A DNA stretch of 28,548 nucleotides from Dehalococcoidales bacterium (GTDB taxonomy: Bacteria; Chloroflexota; Dehalococcoidia; Dehalococcoidales; ARS1013): contig DAOWHE010000066.1 in assembly GCA_030641585.1 (NCBI GenBank), positions 1-28,548 of the forward strand, written 5' to 3'. Numbering within the stretch: position 1 is the first letter of the stretch; each line of letters begins with the position of its first letter. Made by a program: the position numbers and the translations under genes. Below are positions 17,162-24,807 of the stretch, in pieces. The notes under the pieces are model-generated. The model worked only from the letters and a program-made list of their open reading frames with translations, was not told the DNA's origin and did not search any database.

Positions 17162-18334
17162 GTGAAACTGGTAGTTGCTGGTTTCGGGCAGTGTGGCGGC
17201 AGGATTGCCGAAGAATTTGCCCGACTGAATAAAAGGGCACGTAGACACCGTGGCATTGAAATAGTTATTGACGCCTTTGCCGTTAATACAGATTCGGCTG
17301 ACCTGGCCGGGCTACGCGCTATAAAGACCGACTACCAGCACAGAATACTTATTGGCGCTGGCAGCACCCACGGTCATGGTGTGGCTAAGATAAGTGAGGC
17401 TGGTGCCGAGATAGCCAAAGAGGACGCTGATAAGGTTATTGATGCCATGAGAACCACTAAACAGTTCTTTGAAGCCGATGCTTTCCTATTGGTAGCTGGG
17501 ACTGCTGGCGGCACCGGTTCAGGGGTAACACCGGTCATGGCCCAGGTGCTCAAGCAGCGCTTTGATAAACCGGTTTATGCCCTGGCAGTCCTTCCTTTTG
17601 AGCATGAAGAGGAGACGGAGGAAAGGGCACTCTATAACACGGCGGTATTTCTCAAATCTACCTATTCAGTGGCTGATGCTGTCATCCTTGTTGACAATCA
17701 GAGATATGTCAGGAAGGACTTCTCACTGAAAAACAACCTAGACAAAATCAATGCCTTGATAGTTGAACCTTTCTATAATCTGCTTTGCGCAGGTGAAGAG
17801 AAAAAGGTGAAGCACATCGGTGCCAGAATGCTTGATACCGGAGATATAGTAAACACCCTAGCTGGTTGGACGGCGATTGGCTATGGTAAAGCGCCGTTAC
17901 CATTTAGGACGCTACTTTCAAGGTGGACAGGTAACTTCATGCAGAAGAGTGCCCAGACCCATCTGGGCGTCCAGGCAATGGATGAGGCTATTAGTGAGCT
18001 ATCAATCGGGTGTAGCTCCCAAGACGCTTGCCGTGCCCTGTATCTGGTTTCGGCAGCGGCCAGGATGATAAATGTCGACTTGGTCAAGGAACTTGGCAAT
18101 CATCTTAAGAATTTGGTGCCAAAGGCTGTTATCAGGAACGGGGACTACCCCAGGGGGAAGGGTGTGCTTGATATAACCTTAGTCCTGTCGGAGCTCAGTG
18201 ATGTTGAAAAGGTGAGAAACTACTATAGCAAGTCAGTCGACTTGGCTAAGGAAATCAGCAAAAGACAAAAGGTGAAAGCGAGCAAGGTTGAGCTGACGGA
18301 AGAGGCAGGCAAGGATATTCCGACACTGCTCTAG
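17162..18334 (+). CDS. Tubulin/FtsZ-superfamily GTPase, CetZ-like rather than canonical FtsZ
   Basis: T1 GFGQCGGRI, T2 AVNTD, T3 GHGVAK, signature AGTAGGTGSG, T6 DNQ. The T7 region reads MLDTGDIVNTL and lacks the FtsZ GxxNxD motif. GTG start with a GGAGGTGA RBS. Confidence 0.85.
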   Translation: MKLVVAGFGQCGGRIAEEFARLNKRARRHRGIEIVIDAFAVNTDSADLAGLRAIKTDYQHRILIGAGSTHGHGVAKISEAGAEIAKEDADKVIDAMRTTKQFFEADAFLLVAGTAGGTGSGVTPVMAQVLKQRFDKPVYALAVLPFEHEEETEERALYNTAVFLKSTYSVADAVILVDNQRYVRKDFSLKNNLDKINALIVEPFYNLLCAGEEKKVKHIGARMLDTGDIVNTLAGWTAIGYGKAPLPFRTLLSRWTGNFMQKSAQTHLGVQAMDEAISELSIGCSSQDACRALYLVSAAARMINVDLVKELGNHLKNLVPKAVIRNGDYPRGKGVLDITLVLSELSDVEKVRNYYSKSVDLAKEISKRQKVKASKVELTEEAGKDIPTLL

Positions 18335-18384
18335 ATAGTTAGTTTGGCTTTTTACTTTTAAAGATAAAGGTTGTTGCCTAAATT

Positions 18385-18403
18385 GGGGGGATGGGGGGGG
18401 GGG
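18385..18403 (+). repeat. G6-AT-G11 homopolymer tract over the RBS of the surface-protein gene
   Basis: GGGGGG AT GGGGGGGGGGG TGATAA ATG(18410). Confidence 0.8.
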
Positions 18404-18409
18404 TGATAA

Positions 18410-19675
18410 ATGAAAAAGTTTGCTGTTGGTTGTGCTGCGGCGATAGGTGTGTTTGCAGTGGTGATAGTAGGCATCGCCCTTGCCACCACAATCTTTGATT
18501 TTAATGGTACAACTGATACAACTCCCACTGATACAACTCCCACCCAGACTACCCCGGCTGAAACAGGGCCTGTGGAGACTACTGAGCCGGCTACTCCGAT
18601 TGAAGTGGAGTTTGTAGACGCGCAGAGCCGAGGCCTGATTGAATACAGTGCTTATGGCCGAGCTTCACTTGAGCAGTTTCAACTGAACATCACATCAGAG
18701 AGTGACGACACTCTGGAAATTGTTATCTTGCCTGGGACGATATTTGATCCGCAGGCGGCCTACTATATACAAAGCTTGGTAGTTATAACAGAGAAACTGG
18801 TATTGTTGGACCCGCATGAGGCAGTCGAGTCGCTCAACATTGATGCCGGTACTATCAACATGCAGTTAGATACACCCGGTGAGGATGATAGTCTGGTGTT
18901 GAGCATGACCCCTGCCAGCGGGGACCTGATGCTGTTACTAAATCTACCCGATTTTCAGGACTTTGATTTTCGCATCCAGCAGTTTGCCATTTGGACACTC
19001 ACGGATAATCCTGGGCTTAACGAATACCCTGATACTGGCCCCAGTGACGAGGAGATAGATAATATCCGCTCTCTCTTTGAAATAGCAGGAATCCCGACTG
19101 AAGAATATCGGGTGCTACAGCCGCCGGTTTACGTAGAGCTAATAGAGGCACAGAGCATGGGGCTTATTGGGGTTAGTGCCCGTGGTACAGGCTCCATTAA
19201 CCGCATCCAGATGAGCCTGACATCGAACAGCGATGATGTTCTAGAGGTTGCCATCTTGCCTGGGACGATATTTATCTCATCGGCAGCCGGTGTTCAGAGC
19301 ATGGTAGTTGTAGCAGAGAAACTGGTATTGCTGGACCCATATGAGGCAGTCGAGTCGGTCAACATTGACGCCGCCTGTGCCAATATGGAGCTGGATGCGC
19401 CTGAAGAGAGTAACAGCCTGGTGTTGAGCACGACCCCGGCCAGCGGGGATCTAGTGCTATTACTAAATCTACCCGAGTTTCACGATGAGACTCTTCGCGT
19501 CCAGCAGTTTGCTGTCTGGACTATTACTGATAATCCTGGGCGTGGTGGATATATGGGTATTGCTACCGGCTTTGCTATATTTGGAACCGGCCCCCGTGAT
19601 GAAGAGATAGAGAGAATACGGGTCCTCTTTGGAAAGGCAGGGATCTCAACTGATAAATATCAGGCACTGCTCTAG
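18410..19675 (+). CDS. Membrane-anchored or secreted acidic protein: N-terminal TM or signal, Thr/Pro linker, two tandem ~175-185 aa homologous domains (possible thioester domains)
   Basis: Hydrophobic N-terminus MKKFAVGCAAAIGVFAVVIVGIALA and linker TTDTTPTDTTPTQTTP. Duplicated blocks ILPGTIF, EKLVLLDP.EAVES.NIDA, PASGDL.LLLNLP and QQFA.W..TDNPG; DNA offset 525-528 nt. Confidence 0.8.
   Translation: MKKFAVGCAAAIGVFAVVIVGIALATTIFDFNGTTDTTPTDTTPTQTTPAETGPVETTEPATPIEVEFVDAQSRGLIEYSAYGRASLEQFQLNITSESDDTLEIVILPGTIFDPQAAYYIQSLVVITEKLVLLDPHEAVESLNIDAGTINMQLDTPGEDDSLVLSMTPASGDLMLLLNLPDFQDFDFRIQQFAIWTLTDNPGLNEYPDTGPSDEEIDNIRSLFEIAGIPTEEYRVLQPPVYVELIEAQSMGLIGVSARGTGSINRIQMSLTSNSDDVLEVAILPGTIFISSAAGVQSMVVVAEKLVLLDPYEAVESVNIDAACANMELDAPEESNSLVLSTTPASGDLVLLLNLPEFHDETLRVQQFAVWTITDNPGRGGYMGIATGFAIFGTGPRDEEIERIRVLFGKAGISTDKYQALL
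18512..18541 (+). repeat. Perfect 15-nt tandem repeat (2 copies) encoding TDTTP
   Basis: ACTGATACAACTCCC at 18512-18526 and 18527-18541, followed by the degenerate copy ACCCAGACTACCCC. Confidence 0.85.
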
Positions 19676-19724
19676 GCATTACTCATTAGGTAGTGAATAG
19701 AAGGCAAGCCCCATAAAAAGCTTA

Positions 19725-19753
19725 TTGACATGGCTGGGCTGGTATGGTAACAT
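19725..19753 (+). promoter_or_regulatory. Sigma70-type promoter of the riboswitch-wtp operon
   Basis: TTGACA (19725-19730), 17 nt with an extended -10 TG, TAACAT (19748-19753). Confidence 0.7.
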
Positions 19754-19804
19754 TGGCTTTAGCCAGATAGGCTATTGTACCTTAACTTATAGAGCTTTAA
19801 TATA

Positions 19805-19906
19805 ACCTTCCGAGTTGCTTTTGCCTAAGGGCATGAGGCTTACGGCGAGCAACCGGTTAAGGTGTAGCGGGAAACTGCTGCGCCGCCCGTGTTTGGAAAG
19901 GAGGGT
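19805..19906 (+). ncRNA. Moco RNA motif riboswitch aptamer, P3-less (tungsten-cofactor-associated) variant
   Basis: P1 ACCTTC/GAGGGT; conserved CCGAG; P2 GTTGCT/AGCAAC enclosing CCTAAG; P4 GGTGTAGCGG-GAAA-CTGCTGCGCC; 3' signature CCCGT...TTGGAAAGGAG. It lies directly upstream of Mo/W transporter genes. Confidence 0.85.
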
Positions 19907-19941
19907 GTATAGAGGGTGATTTATACTTTCTATACAGTAGT

Positions 19942-19970
19942 GTGCCTCCTTTTGGAGGCACTTTTGTTTT
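19942..19970 (+). terminator. Intrinsic terminator (riboswitch expression platform)
   Basis: GTGCCTCC-TTTT-GGAGGCAC followed by TTTTGTTTT. Confidence 0.85.
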
Positions 19971-20001
19971 ATCTGGCATTTACCACATGGCGAGGTGTTC
20001 T

Positions 20002-20805
20002 ATGAGGTCTTTAACTGGTATGCATCTTAGTATGAGTCCCATGAAGCTTGTGTTTATTTTATTGGGCTCATTGATTGTGTTGTTCATTTTTGTACCATTG
20101 TTCAAGATGATGTTCTCATCCAGCCCGGCTAGTTTACTTGATACGCTTGGAGAAGGGGAAGTAGCCGCCTCCATCTTGCTCACCCTTTATGCCGCCCTTC
20201 TGGCTACTGTTATTGGCTTCTTGCTGGGCATTCCTCTGGCTTATCTTCTGGCGCGCCATGAATTTCCCGGTAAGCGGCTCGTTGAAGGGCTCATTGATTT
20301 GCCGATAGTGGTGCCTCACAGCGCTGTGGGTATAGCCCTTCTCTTCGTCTTTGGCCAACGCTTCTTTTTTGGCAAGGTATTTCACGCCATGGGCATTGAT
20401 TTCGTTGGTGAGGTTGCCGGTATTGTCATCGCCATGCTTTTTGTCAGCGTTCCTTTTCTGATAAATGCAGCCAAAGAGGGCTTCAAGAAGGTGGATGTCA
20501 GACTGGAAAAGGTGGCTCGTTCCCTCGGCGCCTCTCCGTGGCAGTCCTTTCGCCGGGTAACCCTGCCACTGGCTCGGGGGAGCATTCTATCCGGTACAGT
20601 GATGATGTGGGCCAGGGGTATAAGTGAATTCGGTGCCGTCCTTATTCTGACCTATAATCCCATGATAGCCCCAATTCTGGTCTACGAAAGGTTTGAGACA
20701 TTCGGTCTGGATTATGCTCTGCCGGTAGCGGCAGTGCTTGTCCTGGTATGCCTGGTCATATTTGTCACCTTAAGAGCTATTGCCCATCGCTGGGAGGCAA
20801 AATGA
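20002..20805 (+). CDS. wtpB: Tungstate/molybdate ABC transporter permease (WtpB/ModB family)
   Basis: LIDLPIVVPHSAVGIALL, the EAA-like loop LEKVARSLGASPWQSFRRVTLPL, and WARGISEFGA. The start is moved downstream of the terminator (ATG 20002, GAGG RBS); later ATGs are possible. Confidence 0.85.
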   Translation: MRSLTGMHLSMSPMKLVFILLGSLIVLFIFVPLFKMMFSSSPASLLDTLGEGEVAASILLTLYAALLATVIGFLLGIPLAYLLARHEFPGKRLVEGLIDLPIVVPHSAVGIALLFVFGQRFFFGKVFHAMGIDFVGEVAGIVIAMLFVSVPFLINAAKEGFKKVDVRLEKVARSLGASPWQSFRRVTLPLARGSILSGTVMMWARGISEFGAVLILTYNPMIAPILVYERFETFGLDYALPVAAVLVLVCLVIFVTLRAIAHRWEAK

Positions 20806-21848
20806 TAGAGATAAAAAACCTAAGTCTTTCTCTGGGCGGCTTCTTTCTTGAGGATATTAACTTAGAAGTCAAGGACGGTGAGTATTTCATACTCTTGGGG
20901 CCAACCGGTGCCGGTAAAACAGTGCTCTTAGAGGCTATTGCTGGACTTTGTCCGATAAAAAGTGGCCAGATAAAGGTCAATAACCGGGATGTAACCTTAC
21001 TCGGTCCAGAGAAAAGAAACATTGGGTTTGCCTACCAGGACCATATGCTCTTCCCCCATTTGACAGTGGCTATGAATATATGCTTCGGATTAAGGCATAG
21101 GGATGAGTCAAAGCGGGAAATAGAAGCCACTGCCAGTCGGCTGGCTGAGCTTCTTGGTATTTCTCATCTTATGAACAGGAAGCCTGATACCTTAAGTGGT
21201 GGCGAAAGCCAGAAAGTGGCTCTGGCTCGAGCCCTGGCCATAGAACCGGAGCTCCTTCTCCTTGATGAGCCACTTAGCGCCCTTGACCCGGAGACGAGGG
21301 AGGCGACTCAGCGAGAGCTGAGACAACTGCATGACCAACTGAAGGTAACCACCATACACGTTACCCACGATTTTGAGGAGGCGGTTGCCCTGGGTGACCG
21401 GATAGCGGTTTTAGGTAACAGTCACATAATCCAGACGGGAACCCCGGAACAGATATTTCGCAGCCCAAATTCAGAGTTTGTCGCCCGTTTTGCCCTGGCT
21501 CGTAATATCTTTGAAGGCGATGTCCAGGATGGCCGAAGCGGGCAGGCTACTTTTAGTGTCGGTGGGACGAAGCTGGCAGTAGTCACTGACCTGCGCGGTC
21601 AGCTACATGCCACTATTCGCCCCGAGGACATTCTGATTTCCAGGAAGCCTCTGGCCTCCAGTGCCCTCAATTCTCTTTCCGGCACCATCACTCATATGGC
21701 TGATAAGGGTTCAATTATCTATCTGACGGTAAGTGTGCCGCCGGATTTTAGCTGTCTTATCACTCGCCGCTCATATGAGGAGATGGGTTTGAGAGAAGGA
21801 ATGACGGTTTACATAACGTTTAAGGCGTCCGCAGTTCATATATTTTAA
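20802..21848 (+). CDS. wtpC: Tungstate/molybdate ABC transporter ATPase with C-terminal TOBE domains
   Basis: Walker A GPTGAGKT, signature LSGGE, Walker B LLLDEP, and HVTHD. ATG 20802 overlaps the permease stop, with a GGAGG RBS. Confidence 0.9.
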   Translation: MIEIKNLSLSLGGFFLEDINLEVKDGEYFILLGPTGAGKTVLLEAIAGLCPIKSGQIKVNNRDVTLLGPEKRNIGFAYQDHMLFPHLTVAMNICFGLRHRDESKREIEATASRLAELLGISHLMNRKPDTLSGGESQKVALARALAIEPELLLLDEPLSALDPETREATQRELRQLHDQLKVTTIHVTHDFEEAVALGDRIAVLGNSHIIQTGTPEQIFRSPNSEFVARFALARNIFEGDVQDGRSGQATFSVGGTKLAVVTDLRGQLHATIRPEDILISRKPLASSALNSLSGTITHMADKGSIIYLTVSVPPDFSCLITRRSYEEMGLREGMTVYITFKASAVHIF

Positions 21849-21854
21849 GAGGGG

Positions 21855-22823
21855 GTGTTTTTGAAGAAACTAGTTGGCGTTATATTTGGCTTACTGCTGG
21901 TTATGCTGATGGCGGCCAGTTGCCAAACTGGCACTAAGGATACGGTTACCATATTTCATGCCGGCAGTCTCAGTGTTCCCTTTGCGGCGGTAGCAGACGC
22001 CTTTGAGGAAATTCACCCGGATATCAAGATTGAGACGGAGTCAGCCGGCAGCCGTACCACGGTACGCAAAGTAACCGAGCTGGGCAAACTGGCTGATATT
22101 ATCGGCTCGGCAGACTATGTGGCTATAGAGCAGCTGATGTTCCCCGAGTTTGCTAGCTGGTACATCATTTTTGCCAGTAATCAAATGGTAATTGCCTATA
22201 CTGATGGGTCTCAGTATAGTGACGAGATTAACGGGGACAACTGGTACCAGATACTGAGACGGGAGGGGGTGGCATATGGGCGTGCTAACCCGGATGCTGA
22301 CCCGTGTGGCTACCGGACGGTGATGCTCTGGCAGCTGGCTGAGAAGTATTATGATGTCCCCGGTCTGTATGATAGGCTGTTGGCAGGGTGTCCTGATGGG
22401 AGCAAGAATATGAGGTCAAAGGAGACTGAGTTGATTGCTCCACTTCAGAGCGGTGACCTGGACTATGCCTTTTTCTACCGTTCTATTGCCGAGCAGCATG
22501 GCTTAAAATTTGTTGAGTTGCCGCCCCAGATTGACCTGTCAGATGTTGAGTACACGGATTTTTATGCCCAGGCCAGTGTTGAGGTGGCGGGCAGGGAGCC
22601 TGGCACCACCCAGACACAGATAGGTCAGCCTATTCTCTATGCTGTTACCATCCCGGAAAATGCTCCCCGAGTTGACTTGGCCGTAGAGTTTTTGCAGTTT
22701 TTGCTTGGGTTGGAGGGGCAGGCCATCATGGAGGAGAATGGGCACAAACTTATAGTGCCGGCGATTGCCAATGACTTACCAAAAGTGCCTGCTGCACTCA
22801 GGGGTTATATTGTTGAAAAATGA
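21855..22823 (+). CDS. wtpA: Tungstate/molybdate-binding lipoprotein, WtpA type
   Basis: Lipobox-like MAASC; IFHAGSL, AGSR, DIIGSADY, NPDADPCGYR, and I.YAVTIP. These match WtpA rather than ModA or TupA from family knowledge. Confidence 0.82.
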   Translation: MFLKKLVGVIFGLLLVMLMAASCQTGTKDTVTIFHAGSLSVPFAAVADAFEEIHPDIKIETESAGSRTTVRKVTELGKLADIIGSADYVAIEQLMFPEFASWYIIFASNQMVIAYTDGSQYSDEINGDNWYQILRREGVAYGRANPDADPCGYRTVMLWQLAEKYYDVPGLYDRLLAGCPDGSKNMRSKETELIAPLQSGDLDYAFFYRSIAEQHGLKFVELPPQIDLSDVEYTDFYAQASVEVAGREPGTTQTQIGQPILYAVTIPENAPRVDLAVEFLQFLLGLEGQAIMEENGHKLIVPAIANDLPKVPAALRGYIVEK

Positions 22824-22865
22824 GTAGCTTGACCATAATGTCTATGGTAGAATAAGGAGAGAAAA

Positions 22866-23849
22866 ATGACAGACCTTTTTGACTCTTTTCGTCGGCGAAT
22901 TGAATATATACGAGTCTCGGTTACTGACCGCTGTAACCTGCGTTGTGCCTATTGCACAGCAGAGTCGGTGCCCCATCTACCGCATGATGAAATTCTCTCC
23001 TATGAGGAAATCCGAAGGGTAGTCCGGGCAGCGGTCGAGTTAGGTCTAAGGCACGTCCGCCTTACTGGGGGGGAGCCGCTGGTGAGACCAAATTTGAGCA
23101 CATTGGTAAGGTTGCTTTCTCAGATAGAGGGCGTTGATGATATCACTCTTACGACTAATGCAATTCTGCTTGGTAAGTATGCTGCTGAACTTAAGGCGGC
23201 TGGGCTTAGACGGGTTAATATCAGCCTGGATACATTTAAGGCGGATAAGTTCCAGCAGATTACCGGCGGTTATAAGCTGAAGGATGTGCTTGGTGGCATT
23301 GAGACAGCCAGGCAGGTTGGGCTGAATCCGGTAAAGATAAACATGGTGGTTCTAAAGGGTACTAATGATGATGAACTCCTTGACTTTGCTCAAATGAGTG
23401 TTAGCCAGGGCTGGCATGTAAGATTTATTGAGCATATGCCTCTGGTGACAGCCGGGGTTGAAAATGGTCAGCTGGTGGCTGTTGGGGACATGATGGCCAT
23501 CATCCAGAGGTCTCTCGGTGTGCTAGAGCCTTGCTGGCCGGCGTCGGGTAGTGGTCCGGCCAAGTATTACCAGTTGCCGGGAGCCAAGGGGACTATAGGT
23601 TTTATCGGGCCGGTAACCGATTGTTTTTGCTCGGAGTGTAATCGCTTTCGGCTTACTGCGGATGGTCGGTTGCGGCCTTGCTTGCTGGAGGACAGCGAGG
23701 TTGACTTAAAGGGGCCGCTGCGCATGGGTGCCAGTACCCAGGAGCTAAAGAAGTTGATGCACCAGGCGGCTGCCTTGAAGAAAAGGCAGCACTGCCTGAG
23801 CGAAGAGGTTGTCCCTAGTAAGCGGCAGATGTGGCAGATAGGAGGCTGA
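22866..23849 (+). CDS. moaA: GTP 3',8-cyclase (radical SAM)
   Basis: YIRVSVTDRCNLRCAYC, LTGGEP, RVNISLDT, RFIE, FCSECNRFRLTADGRLRPCL, and C-terminal IGG. Confidence 0.96.
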   Translation: MTDLFDSFRRRIEYIRVSVTDRCNLRCAYCTAESVPHLPHDEILSYEEIRRVVRAAVELGLRHVRLTGGEPLVRPNLSTLVRLLSQIEGVDDITLTTNAILLGKYAAELKAAGLRRVNISLDTFKADKFQQITGGYKLKDVLGGIETARQVGLNPVKINMVVLKGTNDDELLDFAQMSVSQGWHVRFIEHMPLVTAGVENGQLVAVGDMMAIIQRSLGVLEPCWPASGSGPAKYYQLPGAKGTIGFIGPVTDCFCSECNRFRLTADGRLRPCLLEDSEVDLKGPLRMGASTQELKKLMHQAAALKKRQHCLSEEVVPSKRQMWQIGG

Positions 23850-23885
23850 GGTGTTCGTTTGGAATGAGAGGAGAGGGGGGTAGAG

Positions 23886-24380
23886 ATGACAGAATTAACC
23901 CATGTAGACGCAAAGGGAAAGGCGCGGATGGTTGATGTTACCGGCAAGAGTGATACGGTACGTGAAGCGGTGGCGGTAGCTGGTGTCAGGATGAAGCCGG
24001 AGACTCTAGATAAAATCAGGCAGCAGGGGCTTAAAAAGGGTGATGTCCTGGCGGTAGCCAGGGTGGCTGGGATTATGGCGGCCAAGGAGACACCTCATCT
24101 AATCCCTCTGTGTCATCCGATATTGGTTAGCAATAGTGCAGTTGAGTTTGAGCTTGTTGGTGATGACTACATAAGAATAACGGCTACGGTAAAGAGCAGT
24201 GGTAAGACCGGTGTGGAGATGGAGGCTCTGGTTGCCGCCTCGGTCAGTGCCCTGACCATCTATGATATGTGCAAGGCAATTGACCGTGGCATGACTATTG
24301 AACAGATATATCTTGAAACTAAGAGGGGCGGCAAGAGCGGAACCTACATAAGAGGAGAGGGTGCAAAATCAGATGGCTAG
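23886..24380 (+). CDS. moaC: Cyclic pyranopterin monophosphate synthase
   Basis: LTH...[31 protein letters not shown], and K.GGKSG. Confidence 0.96.
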   Translation: MTELTHVDAKGKARMVDVTGKSDTVREAVAVAGVRMKPETLDKIRQQGLKKGDVLAVARVAGIMAAKETPHLIPLCHPILVSNSAVEFELVGDDYIRITATVKSSGKTGVEMEALVAASVSALTIYDMCKAIDRGMTIEQIYLETKRGGKSGTYIRGEGAKSDG

Positions 24381-24807
24381 AATAGTAGCGGTTTGCTCAA
24401 GTGAGAAAAAGGGGCAGAGGAAAAAGGCTATCGAGGAAGGGATTCTTAGGAAAGAATATGGCCTTGTCGGTGATGCCCATGCCGACTCAAGCTGGCACCG
24501 TCAGGTAAGCATGCTGGCGCTAGCCAGCATTGAGAAGATACGAGCCCTTGGCGCTGATGTAGGCCCCGGGGATTTCGCTGAGAATCTGACCATCGAAGGC
24601 TTGGAGCTTTTTACCCTGCCCATTGGCACACGCTTTAGTGTTGGGCAGGATATTATCCTGGAAATGACTCAAATCGGCAAGGAGTGCCACGACCGCTGTG
24701 CCATATTCAAACAGGTGGGCACCTGCGTAATGCCTATTGAGGGGATATTTACCAGGGTGATTAAGGGGGGTAGGGTAAGGTCGGGGGATGAGCTTAAGGT
24801 GATTTAG
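24373..24807 (+). CDS. MOSC domain protein (YiiM-like)
   Basis: [34 protein letters not shown] and CVMP.EGIF. ATG 24373 is preferred over the track's GTG 24361. Confidence 0.88.
   Translation: MARIVAVCSSEKKGQRKKAIEEGILRKEYGLVGDAHADSSWHRQVSMLALASIEKIRALGADVGPGDFAENLTIEGLELFTLPIGTRFSVGQDIILEMTQIGKECHDRCAIFKQVGTCVMPIEGIFTRVIKGGRVRSGDELKVI

Noticed and set aside
22829-22853. Internal -35/-10 promoter before moaA (TTGACC...TAGAAT)
   Set aside because: The spacer is only 13 nt. An extended -10 (TGG-TAGAAT) is possible but too weak to call.
23567-24085. 172-aa minus-strand ORF and the many other 60-130 aa track ORFs overlapping called genes
   Set aside because: They are antisense or alternate-frame shadows of well-supported genes, with no motifs or RBS.
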